From Candidatus Nomurabacteria bacterium (GTDB lineage Bacteria; Patescibacteriota; Minisyncoccia; Phycocordibacterales; UBA9973), in NCBI GenBank assembly GCA_943359485.1, contig CALRHR010000001.1, positions 51,141 through 115,140 of the forward strand: DNA of 64,000 nucleotides. The letters run 5' to 3'. The notes beneath the pieces were generated by a model. That model had not been told where the DNA came from. It did not search any database and saw only the letters and a list, made by a program, of their open reading frames with translations. Positions 29,093 to 38,731 of this stretch are shown piece by piece (position 1 is the first letter of the stretch; every line of letters starts with the position of its first letter). A program made the position numbers and the translations under genes.

Positions 29093-29263
29093 TTAAATTT
29101 TCTTCGAAAATAAAAAATTGGGAGTTATCCACAGTTTTGTGAAAAAAGTATTGTATTTAATTTCTATATGCGGGATAATTAAAGAGTTCCCGCAATAATT
29201 ATTGAAAATATTTTTTCTTTAATTTTAAAAAAATGTTTTCAGGTCGTTTTATTGCAAACTAGA

Positions 29264-29331
29264 CCCGCACACTTATTTGCTTGAAGCGCCATAGACGCAA
29301 GTTGCAAATATCAAGCACATAAGTGTGCGGG
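29264..29331. repeat. long hairpin with conserved termini, copy 2
   Basis: CCCGCACACTTAT...ATAAGTGTGCGGG followed by TAAAATTTAATAATTT. Confidence 0.6.
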
Positions 29332-29465
29332 TAAAATTTAATAATTTAATTAAAAATCATATGGCAGCAAAAAAAAAGAAAGTAGCAAAGAAGGCAGCAA
29401 AGAAGGGAAAGAAACGAGCGTAGTTTTTCACTTCGTTCAAGATCACGACAAATGTCGAGATCTTT

Positions 29466-29498
29466 AAAAAACTTCCGTCGAACGACGGAAGTTTTTTT
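29466..29498 (+). terminator. rho-independent terminator
   Basis: The hairpin ACTTCCGTCG-AA-CGACGGAAGT is followed by TTTTTT. Confidence 0.7.
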
Positions 29499-29592
29499 AT
29501 TTTGCCTGTTCCGTACCAAAATCAACGATATCCAGAAATAGGTAAAAATAAAAAGCTTTTATATTTTGGTGTAGGATGCTAGTATTATACTT

Positions 29593-32121
29593 ATGGGTCT
29601 ATTCAGTAAAATATTTGGCGACGAAAGCTCGAAATTCATCGGTCAAGCTGAGAAAATAGTAGTCAAAATCAATGCTCTCGAGGCGGGTATTTCAAAGTTG
29701 GCTGATTCTGATTTTCCCCAAAAAACGCAGGAATTCAAGGATAGACTGGGTAAGGGTGAGACCTTGGATGATATCTTGCCGGAAGCCTTTGCTCTAGTAA
29801 GAGAAGCCCAAAGAAGAACTTTGGGAATTCGGCTTTATGATGTTCAACTTATTGGAGGATTAGCTCTCCATCAAGGTAAAATTGCCGAAATGAAAACAGG
29901 TGAAGGAAAGACAAATGTTGCTACGCTCCCGCTTTATTTAAATGCTTTGACGGGAGAGGGCACACACCTTGTTACTGTGAATGATTATCTGGCGCGTCGT
30001 GATGCGGTTTTGATGGGTCAAGTTTATAATTTCCTTGGTCTCTCCATTGGTGTTATAAATTCAAATAATATTTCTTATCTTTATGATCCCTCGCACAAAG
30101 AAGAAGATAAAGAACGAGATCAAGTTGGTGAGTTTAAAATTATTTATGATTTTTTAAAACCATCTACTCGCAGAGGTGCATATGCCGCTGATATCACATA
30201 TGGCACGAATCATGAATATGGGTTTGATTATCTACGAGATAATTTAGCAGTATCAATCGAAGGTCTGGTTCAGCGTGGACATCATTTTGCTATTGTCGAC
30301 GAAGTGGATTCTATTTTAATAGACGAAGCGCGTACTCCGCTTATTATCTCAAGTGTGGCTGGAGACTCGGAAGATTTTTATGTAAAATTTTACCAAATCG
30401 CCAAACAGTTGAAGCGAGATACAGATTATGAAGTGGATGAAAAATTGCGCACGATAACTTTAACCGATACGGGTATAACTAAAGCTGAACAACTCCTCGG
30501 AGTGGGAAATATTTACACGGAAAAAGGCATAAAATATGTGCATCATTTAGAAACCGCAGTCAAAGCGCAAGCTATTTTTGAAAAAGATAAAGACTATGTG
30601 GTCAAAGAAGGGGAGGTGGTCATTGTTGACCCCTTTACTGGACGCTTGCAACCGGGACGGCGTTGGAGTGAGGGAATACATCAGGCGATTGAAGCCAAAG
30701 AGGGCGTAAAGATCGAAAAAGAAACTCGCTCGTCCGGCTCGATTACTTTTCAGAACTATTTTAGATTCTATAAAAAGCTCTCAGGTATGACAGGCACGGC
30801 AGCAACTTCTGCCGAAGAATTTTTGAAAGTTTATGGGCTTGATGTTGTTGTGATTCCGACCAATCGTCTGGTGGTGCGTAAAGATTTAAATGATTTAATT
30901 TTTCAAACTGAGAAGGGCAAGTTCCAAGCAATAGCCAAAAAAGTGAAAGAATTAAATATCCAAGGTCAGCCGGTTTTGATTGGTACTATATCTATTGAGA
31001 AGAATGAACTTTTGTCCGTATACCTAAAACAAGAAGGCGTACAGCATACGATTTTAAATGCCAAGAACCATGAGAAGGAAGGTGAAATCATCGCTCAAGC
31101 TGGGAAGCGTGGTGCGGTCACTATCGCTACGAATATGGCTGGGCGTGGTATAGATATAAAACTTGGTGGCAATCCAATTGTCAAAGAAGAATATGAATTT
31201 GTAAAAAGTGTTGGTGGACTGTTTGTGTTAGGAACAGAAAGGCATGAAGCTAGGAGAATTGACAATCAGCTTCGAGGTCGTTCCGGCCGGCAGGGTGACC
31301 CGGGCGAGACGCAGTTTTTTGTTTCGCTAGAAGATGATTTGATGCGTGTTTTCGGATCGGAGAAAATTAAAACTATGATGGGTAGATTTGGTATACCAGA
31401 AGATATGCCGATTGAAAATCGCTTTATCGGCAAAACTCTTGAAGGAGCACAGTCAAAGATAGAGGGTTTTCATTTTGATGCTCGTAAGCATACTCTGGAA
31501 TACGATGATGTGATGAATCATCAAAGAAAAATAATTTATGAGAGACGGCAGAAGATGCTTTTTGCTGACAAGGAGGGTATCGAAAAAGTTTTAGAGGATA
31601 CCTCAGCCGGACGCGAAAATGCGGAAAATATTATAAAAGAAAAAAGAGAAAAGCTGGGCGAGGCCGGATTTCTAGAAACTGTCAGGCGAATTGCTTTATA
31701 CACAACTGATACATTATGGATGGAACATCTGGAAGCGATGGATTATTTGCGTAGTTCGGTTAACTTGCGCGCGTATGGTCAACGGGAACCGATAGTGGAA
31801 TATAAGAAAGATGGCTTGGCGATGTTTAAAGAAATGGAAGAAGTTTTCAAAGAACAAGTTTTTTCATTAATTACTACAATTCAAGAAGCTCCAAAGGGAG
31901 ACGATGTAGGAATGAAGCAAACTCTGGTGACCAGTCACGCTGAACCTAGTGAAATGGGAGGTGCGAAAGATTTATCGGATGTAGCTGGGGTAAAAAATGA
32001 AGTCGGCCGCAATGATCCTTGCCCATGTGGAGCTATCAATCCCGCTACCGGTGAAGTCTACAAATACAAAAAATGCGGCCTCATAAACGCTTCGCAACAC
32101 AGAAAATCATTAATTAATTGA
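29593..32121 (+). CDS. secA: preprotein translocase ATPase SecA
   Basis: An 842-aa ORF containing MKTGEGKT, DEVDSILIDEARTPLIIS and a C-terminal zinc motif CPCG...KKCG. Confidence 0.93.
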   Translation: MGLFSKIFGDESSKFIGQAEKIVVKINALEAGISKLADSDFPQKTQEFKDRLGKGETLDDILPEAFALVREAQRRTLGIRLYDVQLIGGLALHQGKIAEMKTGEGKTNVATLPLYLNALTGEGTHLVTVNDYLARRDAVLMGQVYNFLGLSIGVINSNNISYLYDPSHKEEDKERDQVGEFKIIYDFLKPSTRRGAYAADITYGTNHEYGFDYLRDNLAVSIEGLVQRGHHFAIVDEVDSILIDEARTPLIISSVAGDSEDFYVKFYQIAKQLKRDTDYEVDEKLRTITLTDTGITKAEQLLGVGNIYTEKGIKYVHHLETAVKAQAIFEKDKDYVVKEGEVVIVDPFTGRLQPGRRWSEGIHQAIEAKEGVKIEKETRSSGSITFQNYFRFYKKLSGMTGTAATSAEEFLKVYGLDVVVIPTNRLVVRKDLNDLIFQTEKGKFQAIAKKVKELNIQGQPVLIGTISIEKNELLSVYLKQEGVQHTILNAKNHEKEGEIIAQAGKRGAVTIATNMAGRGIDIKLGGNPIVKEEYEFVKSVGGLFVLGTERHEARRIDNQLRGRSGRQGDPGETQFFVSLEDDLMRVFGSEKIKTMMGRFGIPEDMPIENRFIGKTLEGAQSKIEGFHFDARKHTLEYDDVMNHQRKIIYERRQKMLFADKEGIEKVLEDTSAGRENAENIIKEKREKLGEAGFLETVRRIALYTTDTLWMEHLEAMDYLRSSVNLRAYGQREPIVEYKKDGLAMFKEMEEVFKEQVFSLITTIQEAPKGDDVGMKQTLVTSHAEPSEMGGAKDLSDVAGVKNEVGRNDPCPCGAINPATGEVYKYKKCGLINASQHRKSLIN

Positions 32122-32124
32122 TCT

Positions 32125-32592
32125 ATGCAAAAAATCATTACCAATCTTTGTATTATTCACCAGCATCCAAAGATTTTACTTGGTATGAAGAAAAGGGGAT
32201 TTGGATCGGGGCGTTGGAATGGTTTTGGTGGGAAGGTAGCAGACCATGAGAGTGTGATTGGTTCATTACACAGAGAATTAAAAGAAGAGGCAAATATTGA
32301 AGTTGAAAATCCAGTAAAGTTGGGTATCTTGGAATTTGAATTTATTAAGAATGGCGAAGTGATAGAAGTACATATATTTAAAGCCAGTAAATTTAAAGGA
32401 GAACCAACTGAAACCGAAGAAATGTCTCCGAAATGGTTTTATGTGGACGAGATTCCTTTTGCTGACATGTGGCCGGATGATATTTATTGGATGCCACTTT
32501 TTTTAAAAAATAAAAAATTTAAAGGCAAATTCACATTTGGAGAGAATGATTCTGTTTTAGAATCTAATTTAGAAGAGGTGGAAGATTTATGA
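32125..32592 (+). CDS. Nudix hydrolase (MutT/MTH1-like)
   Basis: Nudix box GGKVADHESVIGSLHRELKEEANI. Confidence 0.7.
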   Translation: MQKIITNLCIIHQHPKILLGMKKRGFGSGRWNGFGGKVADHESVIGSLHRELKEEANIEVENPVKLGILEFEFIKNGEVIEVHIFKASKFKGEPTETEEMSPKWFYVDEIPFADMWPDDIYWMPLFLKNKKFKGKFTFGENDSVLESNLEEVEDL

Positions 32593-32630
32593 AAATACCA
32601 GAAAAAGATTTTATTATCATAAAAAAATCT

Positions 32631-32664
32631 ACTACAAAAATACACGGCCGTGTTGTTTTATAGT
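32631..32664. promoter_or_regulatory. palindromic hairpin/operator abutting the -10 of PaaX-like paralogue 2
   Basis: ACTACAAAAATACACGGCCGTGTTGTTTTATAGT is centred on CACGGCCGTG. TATAAT (32664-32669) lies 6 nt before the ATG. Confidence 0.55.
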
Positions 32665-32675
32665 ATAATAGGAAT

Positions 32676-33221
32676 ATGCGTAATAGGATTGATTATAAAA
32701 GAATTATTTTAACGACGGTTGCAACTGCAGGAATTTTAGCGGTGGCGGTTCTTGCACCGAATGTCCTGCAAGTTCTAAAGCCTTTTTTAAAGCAAAAGAA
32801 AAGATATAACCTTAAATACTATTTAAATCAAAAAGCAAAGAAACTTATAAAAAATGGTTTTCTTAAAATAGGCACTGAAGACGGGAAACAATTTTTATCG
32901 CTCACAGAAAAAGGAGAGTCTAAATTGAAATTTTATAAGGTTATAGAAAAAAAGAAAAATATTAAATGGGATGGCAAATGGAGGGTAGTTATTTTTGATG
33001 TATGGGAAAAAGCCAGATCAAAAAGAGATCTTTTACGCATGGAAATTAAAAATTTTGGATTTATCCAGCTCCAGCAAAGTGTATGGATTTATCCTTATCC
33101 GTGCGCAGAATTCATTGAGCTTTTAAAGGCAGATTTATCTTTTGGTAAAAATATTAGATATATGGTTGTGGAAAAATTAGATCACGATGAGAATTTGAAG
33201 AAAAAGTTTGGTTTTGGGTAA
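32676..33221 (+). CDS. PaaX-like regulator with Cas2-fold C-terminal domain (paralogue 2, N-terminal TM helix)
   Basis: WDGKWRVVIFDVWEKARSKRDLLRMEIKNFGFIQLQQSVWIYPYP. Confidence 0.6.
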   Translation: MRNRIDYKRIILTTVATAGILAVAVLAPNVLQVLKPFLKQKKRYNLKYYLNQKAKKLIKNGFLKIGTEDGKQFLSLTEKGESKLKFYKVIEKKKNIKWDGKWRVVIFDVWEKARSKRDLLRMEIKNFGFIQLQQSVWIYPYPCAEFIELLKADLSFGKNIRYMVVEKLDHDENLKKKFGFG

Positions 33222-33233
33222 ATTATAGATATG

Positions 33234-33264
33234 CTACAAAATTACACGACCGTGTAGTTTTGTA
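33234..33264. repeat. second copy of the paralogue-2 palindrome, downstream of the gene
   Basis: CTACAAAATTACACGACCGTGTAGTTTTGTA. Confidence 0.55.
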
Positions 33265-33312
33265 TTGCGGATGGTTTTGTGATATTGTTTATGTATAGTT
33301 TTTAAATAGAAA

Positions 33313-33978
33313 ATGAATAATCAGGAGCCACAACCAGGATTTTATTATCATTATAAGCATGACCCGAAAGAGGATGTCAGGAATTATGCCTACGAAGTCC
33401 TGAATATTGCGCATCATACAGAAATCGAGGACTTGGATGAAAATGCAATGGTGGTGTATAGACCGCTATATGAATCAGGTGTTTATAAATTGGGCAAGCA
33501 TTGGGATGCCAGACCGATGAAGATGTTTCTGGAGAATATACTGAAAGATGATAAAGAAATAAAGCGTTTTACGAAAATTACTGACCCCAAAATAATTTCT
33601 GAATTAGAAAAAATTAAAAATCAAATGTATGGAAATAACACTACGACTATTACCTATCAGGATTTTGAAAAAGTTGATATACGGGCGGGGGAGATTTTAA
33701 AGGCGGAAGATTTTCCAGAAGCCAGAAAGCCGATGTATAAAATAACAGTGGATTTTGGCGCAGAGATCGGAATAAAGATGTCTTCCGGGCAATTTACGCA
33801 TCACTATACCAAAGAAGAATTAGTGGGGAAAATGATTATTGGCGTGCTGAACTTTCCACCCAAAAAGATCGGTCCATTTTTCTCGGAATTTTTAACCTTA
33901 GGACTTGCCGATGAAGAAGATAAAGTAGTACTTCTCATGCCTACCCAAAAAGTTCCAAAGGGTGCAAAAATGATGTAA
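33313..33978 (+). CDS. DUF1653-like domain fused to a CsaA/EMAP-type tRNA-binding domain
   Basis: The N-terminus FYYHYKHDP...VVYRPLY is DUF1653-like. The C-terminus VDIRAGEILKAEDFPEARKPMYKITVDFG...GVLNFPPKKIG is a tRNA-binding OB fold. Confidence 0.65.
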   Translation: MNNQEPQPGFYYHYKHDPKEDVRNYAYEVLNIAHHTEIEDLDENAMVVYRPLYESGVYKLGKHWDARPMKMFLENILKDDKEIKRFTKITDPKIISELEKIKNQMYGNNTTTITYQDFEKVDIRAGEILKAEDFPEARKPMYKITVDFGAEIGIKMSSGQFTHHYTKEELVGKMIIGVLNFPPKKIGPFFSEFLTLGLADEEDKVVLLMPTQKVPKGAKMM

Positions 33979-34086
33979 GAATTAAAACAAGAAATAGATA
34001 AATTTAATACAGAAATTTGGTGGGAGGTTGTTGTTGAAAAATAAGAATTATTCTAGACATAAATAGAATTATGTTATAATCATTTT

Positions 34087-34827
34087 ATGATGAGTAAATC
34101 ATATTATACTTCAAAAAATAACAATAAAATTTTAGACAATCAAGACAAGCCATACCATTTAAAAATAAGAGATTTACCGCAAGATGAAAAGCCTCGTGAG
34201 AAACTTCTTAAACATGGTCTTTCTTCTGTTTCTGTCTCTGAGTTATTGGCTTTAGTCTTGAACACTGGAACAAAAAAAGAAGGTGTTTTGGAAATGTCTT
34301 CTAGGGTTATCAAGGATTATGGTGAGGGAAGTATTATGAATGAAAAGAATCCAGTAAATTTGGCTAAAAATTTTAATGTTCCCATCATTAAAGCAATTGC
34401 CATCGTTGCCTGCGCTGAATTAGGTAGAAGATTTTTTCAAAAAAATAATTCTTCTTTTCCTGTTATCAGGACTGCTCGCGAAGTTTATGAATATGTTGCC
34501 GATATGCATAATCTTTCCAAGGAACACATAAGAGGTATTTATTTAAATGCGCATTTCAAAGTGATTCATGATGAAATTATTTCCATTGGCACGGTCGATG
34601 CCAACATCATTCATCCGCGTGAAGTTTTTAAGCCCGCGCTCGAACATTGCGCCGTCGCTTTGATTTTAGTTCACAATCATCCCTCTGGTGTTACTACGCC
34701 TTCTTTGGCTGATTTATCTATTACTAAACAGCTTATTGAAGCGGGTAAATTTTTGGGAGTTGATTTGATAGATCACATTATTGTTACGCATGATGCCTTC
34801 GCTAGTATTCCCGGGAATTATCGTTAA
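34087..34827 (+). CDS. radC: RadC-like JAB-domain protein
   Basis: It has an HhH N-terminus (EKPREKLLKHG) and a JAMM motif HNHPSG. TATAAT (34075-34080) lies 6 nt before the ATG. Confidence 0.85.
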   Translation: MMSKSYYTSKNNNKILDNQDKPYHLKIRDLPQDEKPREKLLKHGLSSVSVSELLALVLNTGTKKEGVLEMSSRVIKDYGEGSIMNEKNPVNLAKNFNVPIIKAIAIVACAELGRRFFQKNNSSFPVIRTAREVYEYVADMHNLSKEHIRGIYLNAHFKVIHDEIISIGTVDANIIHPREVFKPALEHCAVALILVHNHPSGVTTPSLADLSITKQLIEAGKFLGVDLIDHIIVTHDAFASIPGNYR

Positions 34828-34865
34828 TTTTTAGTCGAAATATTATTTAATAATTTTTTTATTTT

Positions 34866-35198
34866 ATGTCTACATCTGCAATTTTGTCTAGCTATTATCA
34901 AGTGTATCAAATTCGTTTGCCGAAATACTGGCTGGTGCGGGATGAGCCAGTTGATTTGAATGATTTTAATCACAAGAAATTGTTGTTTCATGTTAGTCAA
35001 AATGATTATTTTTCCACCCTAGCTACCATCTTAAGATTTTATGAAGAATCAGTAAATGACAAAAATATAACAGAGGAAGAGATGCGTCTGCTCCAGAGTA
35101 AAATAATTAAAAATATTATTCAAGACCTTCTATATCTTGAGAAAAATTATGTTATAGTACCGAAAGATAGAAATAGATTAGATGAAAAACTTAATTAA
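34866..35198 (+). CDS. hypothetical protein
   Basis: A 110-aa ORF that overlaps the murE start. Confidence 0.45.
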   Translation: MSTSAILSSYYQVYQIRLPKYWLVRDEPVDLNDFNHKKLLFHVSQNDYFSTLATILRFYEESVNDKNITEEEMRLLQSKIIKNIIQDLLYLEKNYVIVPKDRNRLDEKLN

Positions 35199-36423
35199 AA
35201 TATTTAAAATTATATATTGGAGAATCAAATCTTTTATTATTAGATATTATTTTGGCAACCCAGCAAGAAAATTAAAAATCGTGGGAGTTACAGGCACCAG
35301 TGGCAAGACGACGACAGCGACGCTTTTGTATAAAATCGCTCTTCAACTCGGATACAAAGCTGGACTAATAAGTACAGTGGAAATTTTAGCTAATGGAATA
35401 GATTTACAAATTGAACACAAAACACCAACAACCCCAGACTCTGTAACTCTAACTAAAATTTTTAAAAAAATGGTAGATGAAAAATGTGAATATGTTTTTA
35501 TGGAAGTCTCCAGTCATGCTGTCGTCCAAGGGCGCGTCGCTAATGTTGATTTTATTGGCGGGATCTTTACGAATTTTTCACAAGACCACTTAGATTACCA
35601 TAAAAACATGGAAGAATATTTTGAGGCCAAAAAGAAATTTTTTAAAATGCTTTCTCCGGGTGCTTTTGCTCTTGCGAACGCTGACGATAAATATGGCGAC
35701 AGGATGCTAGAGGGGATAGTGGCCAAGCCATCTCTGTATGGCATAGAAAATAAAGATGTAAAATTTTACGGACAAATTTCTAAACTTGATTTTTCTGGTC
35801 TTGAGTTGATTTTTAACGGACAAAAAATTAACTCCAAAATGCTCGGTAAATTCAATGCTTACAATCTACTTGCAGTCTGGAGCACATGTTCACTCTTGGG
35901 TTTTGATATGGATAAGGTGAATAAAATTTTAGAAAATGTAGAACCACCTCGCGGACGGTTCGAACATTTTACTTCAAAGGGAGGAGTTCTTATTATTGTC
36001 GATTATGCTCACAAACCGGATGCTCTTGAAAAAGTACTTTCTGCAGTAAAAGAAATTAAGTCTGGTTCCGGTAAAATAATTTCTGTTTTCGGCTGTGGAG
36101 GAGACCGCGATCCATTTAAGCGTCCAGTAATGGGAAAAATCGGGGTTAGCATGTCCGATATTGCTATATTTACTTCTGACAATCCACGCAGTGAAGATCC
36201 AGATGTAATTATTGCTCAAATGAAAACAAATTTATCTGTTGAAGATTTGCAAAAAGTGAAAACAATTCCAAACCGACACGAAGCAATTCGGGAGTCTGTA
36301 AAAATTGCTCAAAATGGAGACATTATCCTAGTTGCCGGCAAGGGTCACGAAGACTATCAAATAATTAAGGGCGTCAAGAGCCACTTTGACGATATGGAGG
36401 AGTTGAAGGAGGCATTTCAATAG
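35182..36423 (+). CDS. murE: UDP-N-acetylmuramoyl-L-alanyl-D-glutamate--2,6-diaminopimelate ligase
   Basis: Contains GVTGTSGKTTT and the DNPR motif (FTSDNPRSEDP). Confidence 0.85.
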   Translation: MKNLIKIFKIIYWRIKSFIIRYYFGNPARKLKIVGVTGTSGKTTTATLLYKIALQLGYKAGLISTVEILANGIDLQIEHKTPTTPDSVTLTKIFKKMVDEKCEYVFMEVSSHAVVQGRVANVDFIGGIFTNFSQDHLDYHKNMEEYFEAKKKFFKMLSPGAFALANADDKYGDRMLEGIVAKPSLYGIENKDVKFYGQISKLDFSGLELIFNGQKINSKMLGKFNAYNLLAVWSTCSLLGFDMDKVNKILENVEPPRGRFEHFTSKGGVLIIVDYAHKPDALEKVLSAVKEIKSGSGKIISVFGCGGDRDPFKRPVMGKIGVSMSDIAIFTSDNPRSEDPDVIIAQMKTNLSVEDLQKVKTIPNRHEAIRESVKIAQNGDIILVAGKGHEDYQIIKGVKSHFDDMEELKEAFQ

Positions 36424-36575
36424 AAATAAATTTTATAAAGCAATCTATCTAGGCAAGCTTGCCTAGCGAACTGCTCGTCGCTCAAGAAAATAATAAATAG
36501 AATACTATTTTTATTTTCTAAGCTCCTGTGCAAGGCTTTCTAAAACTTATTTCTATTTTATGCTAGTATATTTTT

Positions 36576-37904
36576 ATGGTTGATTACAAGCAATATTTCA
36601 AAGGTAAAAAGATCACAGTCATGGGTCTAGGGCTTTTGGGGCGTGGTGTGGGAGACACGGCCTTTCTTGCTGAATGTGGAGCACAACTCACAGTTACTGA
36701 TTTAAAAACAAAAGAACAATTAAAAGAATCACTAAAAAAGCTCAAGAAATATAAAAATATCAAATATGTTCTGGGTGAACACCGCCTAGAAGATTTCAAG
36801 AATAAATACATGATTTTAAAAAATCCAGACATACCACTTGATTCTGTCTATATAAAAGAGGCTAGAAAAAATAAAATTCCAATAGAGATGAGTGCTTCAC
36901 TTTTTGTTAAACTTTCTGGTCTCAAAACAATTGCTGTGACTGGTACTCGCGGTAAATCCACAGTAACACACCTAATTGCCCACATTCTTGAATCTGCGGG
37001 TAAAAAAATAATTCTAGGAGGAAATGTGCGCGGTGTTTCAAATTTGCAGTTATTGAAAAATGTAAAAGGTGGTGAAATGACAGTTCTAGAATTAGACTCC
37101 TGGCAGTTGCAAGGATTCGGTGACGCTAAAATGTCCCCAAATATTTCTGTCTTCACCACTTTTTTTTCAGATCATATGAAATATTACAGGGGTAGTATGC
37201 AGAAATATTTCAAAGATAAAGCAAATATTTTTAAATTCCAGCAAAAAAATGATGTTTTGGTTGTTGGAAAACAAGCCCTACCTTTTATTAAAAAATGGCA
37301 AAAAGAAAACAAAGAAAGAATTAAAAGCAAAATAATCACAGCAGGAGAAAAGCTGCCAAAAAATTGGAAATTAAATTTACCCGGTGTTCATAATGAATAT
37401 AATGCCATGCTGTCAGTCGATGTTGCTAGGCTGGTTAATATTCCAGACGATAAAATAAAAAAATACCTTACTACTTTTATAGCCCTACCTGGTAGATTGG
37501 AATTTTTACGTTCTGTCAGTGGTATAGAAATATACAATGATAATAGTTCAACTACTGCAGAAGCTACCTTGGTTGCCTTGCGTGCTTTGGGTAAGCAAAA
37601 AAATATTATTCTTATAGCTGGTGGTTTCAATAAAGGGCTAAACATGAATGATTTAATTAAAGAAATTCCAAAATATTGCAAAGAGGTGATATTGCTCTCT
37701 GGTACTGGAACAGAATTAATAAAAAATAAAATAAAAAATTCACTAGAAGTGGACAGTATGAAAAAAGCAGTGACGGAAGCACGAGCTCTGGCCAAGGTGG
37801 GGGATATCATACTTCTTTCTCCAGCTTTTGCTTCCTTTGGAATGTTTAAAAACGAATATGATCGTGGAGATCAGTTTGTAAATTTAGTTAAAAAACTTAA
37901 ATAA
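36576..37904 (+). CDS. murD: UDP-N-acetylmuramoylalanine--D-glutamate ligase
   Basis: It has a Rossmann N-terminus GLGLLGRGVG and the P-loop VTGTRGKSTV. TAGTAT lies 6 nt before the ATG. Confidence 0.85.
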   Translation: MVDYKQYFKGKKITVMGLGLLGRGVGDTAFLAECGAQLTVTDLKTKEQLKESLKKLKKYKNIKYVLGEHRLEDFKNKYMILKNPDIPLDSVYIKEARKNKIPIEMSASLFVKLSGLKTIAVTGTRGKSTVTHLIAHILESAGKKIILGGNVRGVSNLQLLKNVKGGEMTVLELDSWQLQGFGDAKMSPNISVFTTFFSDHMKYYRGSMQKYFKDKANIFKFQQKNDVLVVGKQALPFIKKWQKENKERIKSKIITAGEKLPKNWKLNLPGVHNEYNAMLSVDVARLVNIPDDKIKKYLTTFIALPGRLEFLRSVSGIEIYNDNSSTTAEATLVALRALGKQKNIILIAGGFNKGLNMNDLIKEIPKYCKEVILLSGTGTELIKNKIKNSLEVDSMKKAVTEARALAKVGDIILLSPAFASFGMFKNEYDRGDQFVNLVKKLK

Positions 37905-38682
37905 GGTTTATTTTAACTTTTCCAAACCATTTTTTCACTAAAAATTCTAGGTTTTGCGTTTTGTCGGTGACTAGTATTTTTATACTTTTATTTTTGGAAA
38001 GCTTTTTGGTTATCTCTGGGTGTTTCGCAAAATATTCGTTTAGTTTCTTAGGGATTATTTCATCTTGAGAAATCAAGGTTACATTTTTTGGTATTATTTT
38101 TTTTATTTCTTTTTTAAAAATAGGGTAGTGAGTACAACCTAATATAAGAGCATCTATATTTTTATTCATTAGTGGCCTTAGATATTTTAAAAGGAAAAAT
38201 GTGGCTAATTTATGTTCTCCTTCTTCTATTAGTGGCACTAGAATTGGTGCAGGATTTTGAAATATTTTTATGTTTTTATTTAATTTATTTATTTCTAATG
38301 GAAAAGTATTAGAAGCTACTGTGCCCAGAGTGGCGAGTATCCCAACTTTCTTATATTTAGAAGCCTCTTCGGCAGCGGGAATTAAAACACCAAGGACTTT
38401 TCTGTCTTTGAAGTTTTTTGGTAGATAGTCTTGTTGTATTTGTCGCAGGGCTCTGGCTGAAGCAGTATTGCAAGCGATGATGATGACAGCGCAGTTTTCT
38501 TTACGGAAAAGATAGTCCACAGCTTCCTTGGTAAATTCATAGACGGCTTCGTGAGATTTGTTGCCGTAAGGAACCCTTTTAGTGTCTCCAAAGTAGACAT
38601 AGTCATATTCCGGCATCATTTTTCGTATTGCTTGTGCGATAATTAGGCCCCCCAAGCCCGAATCAAATATTCCAATTTTCAT
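37897..38682 (-). CDS. murI: glutamate racemase
   Basis: Contains IGIFDSGLGGL, IACNTAS and LGCTHYP. Confidence 0.92.
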   Translation of the reverse strand: MKIGIFDSGLGGLIIAQAIRKMMPEYDYVYFGDTKRVPYGNKSHEAVYEFTKEAVDYLFRKENCAVIIIACNTASARALRQIQQDYLPKNFKDRKVLGVLIPAAEEASKYKKVGILATLGTVASNTFPLEINKLNKNIKIFQNPAPILVPLIEEGEHKLATFFLLKYLRPLMNKNIDALILGCTHYPIFKKEIKKIIPKNVTLISQDEIIPKKLNEYFAKHPEITKKLSKNKSIKILVTDKTQNLEFLVKKWFGKVKINLI

Positions 38683-38731
38683 ACCTGTATTTTAACATAT
38701 TACTCATTTGTGGTATATTGACTATGAATTT

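Noticed and set aside
29106-29114. Perfect DnaA box TTATCCACA, raising the possibility of oriC in the repeat-rich spacer.
   Set aside because: A single perfect 9-mer is expected by chance about once in this much sequence. There is no cluster of boxes and no adjacent dnaA or dnaN.
29361-29423. Tiny Lys-rich ORF as a missed ribosomal protein gene.
   Set aside because: It resembles no ribosomal protein I know. It is poly-A/G-rich low-complexity DNA, and it does not follow the TATAAT-N6 rule. It is kept only as part of the intergenic-region finding.
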